Below are positions 1-7,031 of a stretch of 26,055 nt of DNA, in pieces. Source of the DNA: a virus (lineage: Duplodnaviria; Caudoviricetes). Both the position numbers and the translations under genes were made by a program. Numbering within the stretch: the stretch's first letter is position 1; every line of letters starts with the position of its first letter. The notes beneath the pieces are model-generated. The model was given only the letters and a program-made list of their open reading frames with translations. It was not told the origin of the DNA and did no database searches. Where the stretch lies: the IMG/VR virus record IMGVR_UViG_3300048851_000057, positions 1 through 26,055 of that record, one strand, 5' to 3'.

Positions 1-537
1 AACGGATTTCTCCGATCCTTGTTTGAGCGCGGAAGTCGGCAACTCCATTGCCCATGAAGAGTCGGCTTCCCATTGAGGAAGGGTCTGCTTCGGTAGGCCC
101 TTCTTTTTTGTTTGCGGCGCTGCTGGCAGCGTCACTGGGGAACCATTCAACTTCTGGCAGGTTCGCTTTTCGACACCCACGGAGGCCTTGATGATGGCTG
201 AGAAGCAAGACCCGACGAGCGACGAGGCTCGCACGAACCCAGATTCCGCAGACACCGCACGTGAGGACCTGAAAAAGCAGGCTGAAGAAGGTCTACGGAA
301 TGCTGCGAGAAAGATCCCTTCGGATAAGAAGTGAAGCTTGCAGCAATGGGCGTGCGCAGATCTGGTTGCCACCTCCGAATGTGATGAGGGTGGTGGGGTG
401 TCTGCCGCTGACTGGAGGGCGGCGGTGAGGGCGTATTCCGCGCCACCGGCAAACGGAAACTGCGACCACTTCCGAATCGTCGCGTTGGCAGGTTCTACCT
501 GGGCAAATTGGATGTAGAGCTTTTGAAACGCGGTCAC
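1..537 (-). CDS. Hypothetical phage protein, 3'-partial (MTAFQKLYIQFAQVEPANATIRKWSQFPFAGGAEY...), open to the window edge
   Basis: GTG at 537 overlaps the HNH stop (GTGA, 534-537). Hand translation finds no stop in 179 codons to position 1. Absent from the ORF track because it has no stop in the window. Confidence 0.55.
   Translation of the reverse strand, partial: MTAFQKLYIQFAQVEPANATIRKWSQFPFAGGAEYALTAALQSAADTPPPSSHSEVATRSAHAHCCKLHFLSEGIFLAAFRRPSSACFFRSSRAVSAESGFVRASSLVGSCFSAIIKASVGVEKRTCQKLNGSPVTLPAAPQTKKKGLPKQTLPQWEADSSWAMELPTSALKQGSEKSV
78..109 (+). terminator. Rho-independent terminator
   Basis: GAAGGGTCTGC-TTCG-GTAGGCCCTTC hairpin (UUCG loop) followed by TTTTTT. Confidence 0.85.
139..163 (+). 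promoter_or_regulatory. Putative EcfG/RpoE2 (general stress response) promoter
   Basis: GGAAC-N16-GGTT upstream of the small gene at 191. Confidence 0.5.
191..334 (+). CDS. Small hydrophilic protein, 47 aa (MMAEKQDPTSDEARTNPDSADTAREDLKKQAEEGLRNAARKIPSDKK); moron
   Basis: GGAGG RBS at 181-185, upstream EcfG-like promoter, orientation opposite to the phage operon. Confidence 0.6.
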   Translation: MMAEKQDPTSDEARTNPDSADTAREDLKKQAEEGLRNAARKIPSDKK

Positions 538-932
538 CGCCGTCCCTCCCTAATGATCTCGCCGGTCCGCTTGTCGTAGACCGTGCCGTCCATGCGCTGG
601 CCCAGGCGCTGCGAAAAGCCGCGGCCATCTGATTTCCCAAGCCCCATGTGCTTCTTCTTCACGCGAGCGATCTTCGATTTGACGCCCATCTCGACGGCGG
701 TCTTCTTCCGGTGAGGTTCGCGAAGGGCTGGGAAAAGGTTGGATTCGCGATGCTGGCCGCCGAGTATGAGCGCCATCTTATGGTCAAGGTCCCACTCATC
801 GCGAACCGAGTCGATCTTGGCGCCGGTCAGGTGGCAGATGCCGCCCTCGCGCTCGAAGACGCGGACCTTGACGCGGTCCGGCACCTTCTGGTCGTCGTGT
901 TTGGCGATCCATTCGGAGACGGTGCGGCTCAT
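534..932 (-). CDS. HNH endonuclease family protein
   Basis: C-H...WDLDHKMAL...GGQHRESNL...H motif. The ATG at 932 overlaps the upstream stop (ATGA 929-932). Confidence 0.85.
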   Translation of the reverse strand: MSRTVSEWIAKHDDQKVPDRVKVRVFEREGGICHLTGAKIDSVRDEWDLDHKMALILGGQHRESNLFPALREPHRKKTAVEMGVKSKIARVKKKHMGLGKSDGRGFSQRLGQRMDGTVYDKRTGEIIREGRR

Positions 933-1567
933 ATCCCGGACCTCCAATCCCGCCCTTCATGAAGCCGGCCGAGGGCGGTGCTATATCCGATGCCCGTTTT
1001 TTCACATGCCTCGGCAAGTGGTGTCTTGATGCCTGACAGCATCACAGTCACGGTGCCGCGCTTGTTCCGATTTTGCTGTTTTGGAGTTGCCCACCGGCAG
1101 TTACCAGGTTGATAATTCCCTTTCGGGTTGGGATACCTGTCGAGAGACGTCCCCTTTGGCCTCGGCCCCATATCGGCGATAAAATTCTCAAACCCTTTAT
1201 CGCCTAACCACCTGTCGCAAACGACTACTCCACAGCCCCCGTAATTGTGAAAATCGATGTTCGAAGATACGTAGCATCGCTCACGCATGGACTTCCATGA
1301 ATTCCATTCGCGAGAGACTTTGCCGCCTGCGGTGTGCCCGTGTTTGGTCTTGTTCGCCTTATTGGAAGCAACCGTAGCTTCCTTGATCAGGCAGCCGCAT
1401 GAAACCGTTCGGGTCCCAAGGCTGCAACTAAGGATAACCCTTTCGGTGCCGCAGTCGCACAAGCAAGCCCATCGTGCCCGACCTTTGTGGTTTGGAAGGA
1501 CGCGCCGTAAAACCAACAGCCGTCCATATCTATTCCCGCTCTTGTCGACGAATTTGGGATGGCTCAT
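929..1567 (-). CDS. Free-standing phage HNH-like homing endonuclease (His-Cys type)
   Basis: GNRYGRLLV...WACLCDCG...SCGC...WKSMRERC...YGGCGVVVCDRW...SLDR..GNYQPGNCRWAT signature. Start MSHPK at 1567 (ATGA overlap). Visibly more AT-rich than its neighbours. Confidence 0.8.
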   Translation of the reverse strand: MSHPKFVDKSGNRYGRLLVLRRVLPNHKGRARWACLCDCGTERVILSCSLGTRTVSCGCLIKEATVASNKANKTKHGHTAGGKVSREWNSWKSMRERCYVSSNIDFHNYGGCGVVVCDRWLGDKGFENFIADMGPRPKGTSLDRYPNPKGNYQPGNCRWATPKQQNRNKRGTVTVMLSGIKTPLAEACEKTGIGYSTALGRLHEGRDWRSGI

Positions 1568-1773
1568 CTTGCCCTCCGTTTCTCGACGGCAATCCATGCC
1601 TCCTGTTTCGCGGCGTATTCCTCCGCCTTCTTCGTCAGAACCATGAGGGGCTTCCGGCTGTAGGCGGCGTATCCGTGGTGGATGAGGTAGAACTCGGCGT
1701 CCGCGTCCGTCGTGGCGATTGGCCGGCCGGTCTGGTGGGCACGCATGATCAGGGTGTGGGCGAGGGCCATCAT
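1564..1773 (-). CDS. Hypothetical phage protein
   Basis: 69-aa ORF with ATGA overlaps at both ends. Confidence 0.7.
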   Translation of the reverse strand: MMALAHTLIMRAHQTGRPIATTDADAEFYLIHHGYAAYSRKPLMVLTKKAEEYAAKQEAWIAVEKRRAR

Positions 1774-2696
1774 GCGCGCACCTCCGGCCGAGCGTCGTGC
1801 TGCACGCCGTCGAGCAGACGGCCAGTGAGCTTCTTGCCGATCCGGTAGACATCGGGCTCATCGTCCCATCCGTCCTCCGGGTCGCTCATGTTGGTCACAC
1901 TCTCAAACCATCCATCCCCGGCGGTGAAATGTGCCGAGGGGCGCTTGCCCCGGACGCTGGCCGGGACGTTCTCGCCGGGCGTCCACTCGCCCCACTGTTT
2001 CAGGTGGAAGGCGACGCCAGCAGCGGCGCACTGATCTCGCAGTTCTCGGAACCATTCCGGATGCGACGGGCGCGCCTTGTGCTCGCCCTGGTCGGTTTCT
2101 CCACCGACGATAACCCAATCGATTTCATGCAGCATCCCGTCAATAGGACCGAGGAGCGGCTCGCAGGAAAGGAAGGCGAACGCCGGGTTCAACAGTCGCT
2201 TTGCTTTCCTCAACGCCGGGGCATTTAGGTCGAAGCGCTTCTGGTCCTCGATCGTCGTCCCGATGGCCGCGTTCCTCGGCCACTCGTCACGGACATGGCT
2301 GATCTGGTCGAACATCTTGACGATGTTCTGTGGCCGTTTGGTCAACAGCAGCCAGATGAGGTTCGGCGTCTCGATAATGAGCTCGAACAAGTCCCGGCGC
2401 CATTCGGTCGGCACCTCGTTATCGAACACGTCCGCCAAGCTCGAGCAGAACACGAAAGGCCAGGCCCCGTCCGCTTTAGCCTTCTTGTTCCAGGCTATCG
2501 GCTTGCGCCAGTTCGCCTCACTGGTCCGATCGCGCGTGCCGGCGCCGAGACCCGGGCCACCCCATTGGACGCGCCCCATGCGAGTTTCCATCAGGTGAGC
2601 GGCATAGCATCCGTCGCACGCGGGCGAGACGCGGGTACACCCAACCCACGGGTTGAAAGTCATGTCTGCCCACGAGATGAGGGTTTCGTCAGCCAT
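1770..2696 (-). CDS. DUF5131 / phage Gp37-Gp68 family (radical-SAM-like) protein
   Basis: ISWADMTFNPWVGCTRVSPACDGCYA, VFCSSLADVF, LLLTKRPQN, FLSCEPLLG, WVIVGGET, FHLKQWG motifs. Confidence 0.9.
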   Translation of the reverse strand: MADETLISWADMTFNPWVGCTRVSPACDGCYAAHLMETRMGRVQWGGPGLGAGTRDRTSEANWRKPIAWNKKAKADGAWPFVFCSSLADVFDNEVPTEWRRDLFELIIETPNLIWLLLTKRPQNIVKMFDQISHVRDEWPRNAAIGTTIEDQKRFDLNAPALRKAKRLLNPAFAFLSCEPLLGPIDGMLHEIDWVIVGGETDQGEHKARPSHPEWFRELRDQCAAAGVAFHLKQWGEWTPGENVPASVRGKRPSAHFTAGDGWFESVTNMSDPEDGWDDEPDVYRIGKKLTGRLLDGVQHDARPEVRA

Positions 2697-3480
2697 CGCT
2701 CAATTCCTTCTCGCTTATGCCGGCGATGCCCGAGATGAGCTTGCGCAGCGTTTCGTGGTCGATCTTCTGCAAGACGCACTCTTTGCACTGGCGATAGATT
2801 GACCCGGCCTTGTCCTTGGTCGGCTGGGGCGTCTCGGCTGGGCATAGGTCGCTCACCGCGAGCCGCTGGTTGTTGAGGAGCTGCAGATCAGCGTCAGTGT
2901 CGCCCGTCACGTGAGTTGCCGCCGAGAGCATGCGAGCGGCCGTTTGCAGCCACTCCACATCTGAAAGGGTGGCAGCAGACGAGCCAGCGGGAGGGGAAGC
3001 GCTGTTCTCGTCTGCTGCGGCCGACGACGCGGTGGCGGGGTCGTCGGCGGTATCCGGCGAGGAGGGGACGTCGCCGGAATCGGGTTGATTGGGTTGCCGG
3101 TGATCACGGAAGATCACGCCGCGGTCGCTCCCTTCCTTCATGATGAACTCGATGAAATCGGTCATCTCGTCCTTGGAGAGGTCGGCGGACGAAAGCTCGA
3201 TCGGAAGGAAAGTCTTGAGGTCCAGGCTGGGAAGAAAGCTGATCTCGCGGCCGAAGGCATGTAGGAAGATCGCCTTCCACTGTTCCGGATCGTATTTCTT
3301 GCCGCCATGTTCGATCTGCTGGGCGACTTCCGTCAGCAGCGCCCACATCATATCGTTCTGCGGTAGGGTCCGCTTCGATGCCTTGAACTCGACGCGGGTG
3401 CCGACCGGAGCTTTGCCGATCCAAGTGACCGCCTTCAGGCGATCGTCAGGGGATTCGAGGACGAGGAGAGCGCGGCCCAT
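2689..3480 (-). CDS. ninB: NinB/Orf family recombination protein with C-terminal extension
   Basis: KRTLPQNDMMWALLTEVAQQI...WKAIF...SSADLSKDEMTDFIEFI NinB pattern; adjacent to the recombinase. Confidence 0.75.
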   Translation of the reverse strand: MGRALLVLESPDDRLKAVTWIGKAPVGTRVEFKASKRTLPQNDMMWALLTEVAQQIEHGGKKYDPEQWKAIFLHAFGREISFLPSLDLKTFLPIELSSADLSKDEMTDFIEFIMKEGSDRGVIFRDHRQPNQPDSGDVPSSPDTADDPATASSAAADENSASPPAGSSAATLSDVEWLQTAARMLSAATHVTGDTDADLQLLNNQRLAVSDLCPAETPQPTKDKAGSIYRQCKECVLQKIDHETLRKLISGIAGISEKELSDG

Positions 3481-3482
3481 GA

Positions 3483-4451
3483 TCAGCCCTCACTCTCGGC
3501 GGCGATCTGTGCCAACCGGCGACCCTTGATCTTCTGGGCGATTTCGAGATTGACGTCGTCACCGTCGAACGTGGCGCCAGGATCAAAGCCGGTCCAGACT
3601 TCCTCTACCGTTGCATCATCCATCGCGCCGGCCAGCGCCGTTTCCAGCTCTTCGAAATATCCGGCAGCGTCGAATTCGACTTCTTCCGGCACCTGCTCCG
3701 TCGGCTCGTTCTCGATCACCTCTGCTGGCGGTTCAGGCGGGGCGGGTGGCTTCGGCGGCACGGGAGGCTGTCGAGGGGTTATGTCCCGCATCTCCTCCGC
3801 GTCGGCGATCTCGCGCGCCTCGTATTCGTCCCGGATGCCGCCGAGCACGTCGCCGAACAATTCGCGAAGGCAATAGCCGGCCGCACGCCATGCAAGCATG
3901 CGCTGCGGGAACCGGAACCAAGGGCTGTCGTTAGGCTGATCGTTCTTCCAGATCTTCTGGCCGTTCTCCCAGACCTGCTTTCGGATCAGGGCGTCCGACT
4001 GCCACAGCCCGGCACGCTCAGCGTCAGCCTGGCTGAATTCGACGCGCTTGTCCTCGTTGGTGTCGTTGCGTTTAGCTTCGCACCAGCCGATCATCTGGCC
4101 GTCGCGCATCTCGCAACCGGTCCGCAGGTAAGCGACCTTGCCCGACTGGCGCACCACATTGATTAAGCCGTCGCCGTAGAGAGCGGGCCGCCCGTTGATG
4201 ACGGTGAAGCTGCGCAGCGCGACCATGGGCTTGAGACCAAGTTCAGCGCCGGACATGATTGCAACCGCAACGGCGCTGGCCGCTTCATCGCCCGTCTTCT
4301 TGCCGACCAACGCTGCAGGCGCCAACCCGGCCGATACAACGGCCCGCGAGATGCGGAACGTCTCTTCGAACGTCTGCGGCACGATGGCCATGACGTTGCC
4401 GCCGCCGGCAAGCGCGGGTGGGCGGAATTCTTGGGTGACGGGAGCGTTCAT
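3483..4451 (-). CDS. RecT/Red-beta-like single-strand annealing recombinase
   Basis: AIMSGAELGLKPMVALRSFTVINGRPALYGD...PWFRFPQRMLAWRAAGYCLRELFGDVLGGI. Start at 4451 (TAATG overlap). Confidence 0.8.
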   Translation of the reverse strand: MNAPVTQEFRPPALAGGGNVMAIVPQTFEETFRISRAVVSAGLAPAALVGKKTGDEAASAVAVAIMSGAELGLKPMVALRSFTVINGRPALYGDGLINVVRQSGKVAYLRTGCEMRDGQMIGWCEAKRNDTNEDKRVEFSQADAERAGLWQSDALIRKQVWENGQKIWKNDQPNDSPWFRFPQRMLAWRAAGYCLRELFGDVLGGIRDEYEAREIADAEEMRDITPRQPPVPPKPPAPPEPPAEVIENEPTEQVPEEVEFDAAGYFEELETALAGAMDDATVEEVWTGFDPGATFDGDDVNLEIAQKIKGRRLAQIAAESEG

Positions 4452-4729
4452 TAGAAATCCCATTCCGATTTGCTGGCGGCTGGCGCGGGTTCGGTCGGAG
4501 CCGGATCGGCGCGGCGCAGGATCAGCTTCGAAGCCATTTCGGATTCTGCCTTGATCTCGACGACCCCGACCTCGGTCTCGCCGCGCTTGGTCTCGACCAT
4601 GACCTTGTCGCCGACGGCTAGTTCGAGCCCGTGCGGTATCAGGTAGTCATAGGTCTTCTGGTCGTCGCCCTTCTGCCACTTGAACTTGACAGCGGCGACG
4701 GCGAGGGCGGGGGTAAGTAAGTCGGTCAT
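4451..4729 (-). CDS. Small protein resembling the PriA 3'-DNA-binding domain
   Basis: KTYDYLIPHGLELAVGDKVMVETKRGETEVGVVEI resembles the PriA N-terminal T[FY]DY..P......G..V.V motif; coupled at both ends. Confidence 0.55.
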   Translation of the reverse strand: MTDLLTPALAVAAVKFKWQKGDDQKTYDYLIPHGLELAVGDKVMVETKRGETEVGVVEIKAESEMASKLILRRADPAPTEPAPAASKSEWDF

Positions 4730-5745
4730 CGTACTGCAGCCTTCTGTTCGGTGGTGATTCCAGGGACGTTCGTGCGCCCGGCGTCGAGCGCGCGCTGGGC
4801 GAGGGTGCGAAGGGTGTCCTGCATGACGGGGTGCTCGGACATGTAGATCGCGAGCGCCTTCCAGTCGGTGATGTCTTTGACGACCGTCTTCATGGAAACG
4901 CTGGCGGCCTTGCCGTAAGAGGCGCGGATAGGAGCGGGCGCAACCTCGACAGGAGCGGGGGCCGGGGCAGGAGCCTCGATCACTTCGGCGTCGGGCGCTG
5001 CCTGTCTGGCGGCTTCCTCGGCAGCGCGGCGCTCATCGTCCGCTTTCCGGATTGCGTCCTGTTGGCGCCGATACTTCTCGGTTTCCCATGAGCCGATCGC
5101 GTCACGGACCTTGTCGGCGCCTGCTTTGGCCGACTTCACCAGGGGCTGCCATTTCGCATCTACGGCCTTGCCGGCTTCGAGATGCGGTTCCTTCTGCTTC
5201 ACGCGGATCTTGTCCGCCTGGCCGGACAGCTCGTTCAGCCGGTTCCGAAGCGACAGCGCCTTCGCGGCGGTCTCGTCGTCGGCAATCTTGTCGTAGGCCG
5301 CCATGCCTTTAAGGGCGTTTTCAATTTGGTCCTTGATCGTCTCGGCTTCATCCACCGGGGCGGAATTGTCCCCGATGCCGGGTTCCGGCGGCTTCACCTG
5401 AGCGGCAACCGTCGCGTCATCGTCAGGCCAGCCCTTACCGTCGATGGCGGCTTCGTAGGCCGCATGGCTAATCGGATGACGGCAGCAAGAGGTCCAGATA
5501 TCCTCAGCTTTCACTTCGCGTCCGGCGCGGTAGGCCAGCCAAGCGCCGTCCTCTTTCCAGATGGCCACCGGCTCGAACGGCTTGTCCTTGCCGTACCGGA
5601 CGCGGAAATAGCCCTGCTGCGGGTCGCTGTCATGGACCGGCAGATCCTTGCTGCCAATCTTGGACGGATCCTTGAGGGCGGTCTGCCACCACTTCCAAGG
5701 GGCGACGATCTCGAGCGCAAGCGCGCCGATGGACTGCTCAGTCAT
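4726..5745 (-). CDS. Phage coiled-coil protein of the recombination module
   Basis: 339-aa coupled ORF with a helical C-terminal region (KEPHLEAGKAVDAKWQPL...VPGI). Confidence 0.75.
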   Translation of the reverse strand: MTEQSIGALALEIVAPWKWWQTALKDPSKIGSKDLPVHDSDPQQGYFRVRYGKDKPFEPVAIWKEDGAWLAYRAGREVKAEDIWTSCCRHPISHAAYEAAIDGKGWPDDDATVAAQVKPPEPGIGDNSAPVDEAETIKDQIENALKGMAAYDKIADDETAAKALSLRNRLNELSGQADKIRVKQKEPHLEAGKAVDAKWQPLVKSAKAGADKVRDAIGSWETEKYRRQQDAIRKADDERRAAEEAARQAAPDAEVIEAPAPAPAPVEVAPAPIRASYGKAASVSMKTVVKDITDWKALAIYMSEHPVMQDTLRTLAQRALDAGRTNVPGITTEQKAAVR

Positions 5746-5963
5746 TCTGCAGCTTCCTGATGTTCGATTGTTTCGAGGGGTTCGACGCGGAAGCCAAGGA
5801 TGGCTGCCATCTGCCGGAGCGAGCTTTCAATCTCGCGACGGTGGTAGTCCGCCGCGTCCTTGCCCTGGCTCTCACCGCGCCAGTAGGCGGTGTGGGCGTG
5901 GTTCGCGATCTCGGTCGCGTGGCCGGAAATGCTGATGAACTTGATATTCTGCATGGTCTTCAC
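5742..5963 (-). CDS. Hypothetical phage protein
   Basis: Coupled ORF ending in EAAE/ATGA overlap. Confidence 0.7.
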   Translation of the reverse strand: MKTMQNIKFISISGHATEIANHAHTAYWRGESQGKDAADYHRREIESSLRQMAAILGFRVEPLETIEHQEAAE

Positions 5964-6142
5964 TCCGCTGCCATCAGGTGTTGCTGGGACAGGCGGGGAA
6001 GGTCGAAGCCGGGCCGGCGGTACTCGACAACATCGGCATCAAGTTCATTGGCCAGCTCGACGGCCTCGGCTTCATCAGTGAAGTCGTCGGCGAGCGTGCG
6101 GCCCTGAAGGTCTTCGATGCGGTAGCGGGTTACGAATGCCAT
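5960..6142 (-). CDS. First gene of the PL operon, hypothetical (MAFVTRYRIEDL...)
   Basis: ATG at 6142 with GGGGA RBS, downstream of PL. The longer ORF-track start runs through the operators. Confidence 0.7.
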   Translation of the reverse strand: MAFVTRYRIEDLQGRTLADDFTDEAEAVELANELDADVVEYRRPGFDLPRLSQQHLMAAE

Positions 6143-6247
6143 TGCGGATCCCCATCCTGAAACTTCGCGGGCACTCGGTACTGAGCCCGCTGGCGCCTTC
6201 GGTTTCGCTGCTTCCTTGCGGGGCTCATTCCGTCGGCTGATGAGGAG

Positions 6248-6276
6248 AACATCGCACCCAACACGATGCGTGTCAA
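6248..6276 (-). promoter_or_regulatory. PL-like sigma70 promoter
   Basis: TTGACA-N17-GATGTT on the minus strand, overlapped by operators. Confidence 0.7.
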
Positions 6277-6322
6277 CATAAAACATGTCGACCACGCAAA
6301 TAAACAACACGAAATGTGTTGA
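6258..6322. promoter_or_regulatory. OL: three 19-bp CI operator palindromes
   Basis: CCAACAC-GATGC-GTGTCAA (6258-6276), TCAACAT-AAAAC-ATGTCGA (6273-6291), ACAACAC-GAAAT-GTGTTGA (6304-6322); same consensus as the cI-cro operators. Confidence 0.85.
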
Positions 6323-6347
6323 TCATGTTGACCAGTGCGCATAAAAG
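6319..6347 (+). promoter_or_regulatory. Putative rightward promoter for the non-coding block, overlapping the third operator
   Basis: TTGATC-N17-TAAAAG; the -35 overlaps operator 6304-6322. Confidence 0.4.
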
Positions 6348-6379
6348 AAAAGCGCCGGCGGGATGATCCGACCGGCGCT
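6341..6379 (-). terminator. Rho-independent terminator for leftward transcription
   Basis: AGCGCCGG...CCGGCGCT inverted repeat (6351-6379), followed on the minus strand by a T-rich tract. Confidence 0.75.
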
Positions 6380-6915
6380 GACAGATGCTATTGCTGTACC
6401 GACTGGATAACAAAACTGGTTACAGTTTGCAATCGGAATAGACGCTGTCAGGTGCTGAAAGGCGCAAAATCTTGGGTCTGCGCGGAGGTTCCCGCCAAGA
6501 TGATGTGCTCAGAGGTGCAAGGGCAGCGGTCTTTCGGGTTTGTCCCGCGCCGCCGATCATTCCGGCAAATCAATCCCACGCGGTGACGTCTCCCAGGCTG
6601 AGGCGGAAATCACGGCGGGTCTATTCTTCAACCGCTCGAATGCTGACATAAGCTGAGAGGTAACCAGAGCAAACAAACCCAGCCCGCGCCGACGCTCGCA
6701 GCGAAAGCCGGGACACCTGATGAGGGGCTACGCCAGGCTGGTTTTCTCGACGCCGTCACCCGGCTTCGGTTCTTCGGTCCAGTAGCGGGGCAGGGGCTGA
6801 CCACCTCCCGCAAGGGAAACGGTACTCTGGCTATACCGTGATTGAAAATGTCCTGCCCGGTTCGCAGCCCAGTGATGGGGGCAGTAAGCGAAGGGGGAAG
6901 GTATGCCTTTGAAAG
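6354..6915 (+). ncRNA. Large structured non-coding RNA / candidate ColE1 RNA II-like replication primer and origin
   Basis: No credible ORF; GNRA tetraloop hairpins (GC-GAAA-GC, CCC-GCAA-GGG); five colinear blocks resembling the ColE1/pUC ori 3' half, ending in a G-tract followed by GCCTTTGAAA. Confidence 0.55.
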
Positions 6916-6960
6916 AATCATTGACGGAAGTTCTCATTACGATAACTTCCATCATGCAGC

Positions 6961-7031
6961 TCTTGCTTGGTGAAATGGCCCCTGGGCCTTCCTTAGATAG
7001 CCAAGATCGCCGGTTTGGCGGGCTGCGCCTT
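6961..7031 (-). ncRNA. Candidate DUF3800-associated structured RNA
   Basis: Immediately 3' of the DUF3800 stop: CGCC-AAACC-GGCG hairpin, then CTTGG...CCAAG stem enclosing GGCC-CAGG-GGCC. Structured RNA motifs are known to lie next to DUF3800 genes. Confidence 0.5.

Noticed and set aside
6703-6735. Hammerhead ribozyme (GAAA ... CTGATGA); a second CTGATGA lies at 6237-6243
   Set aside because: No stem III with an NUH cleavage triplet and no correctly placed GAAA after a stem II could be built
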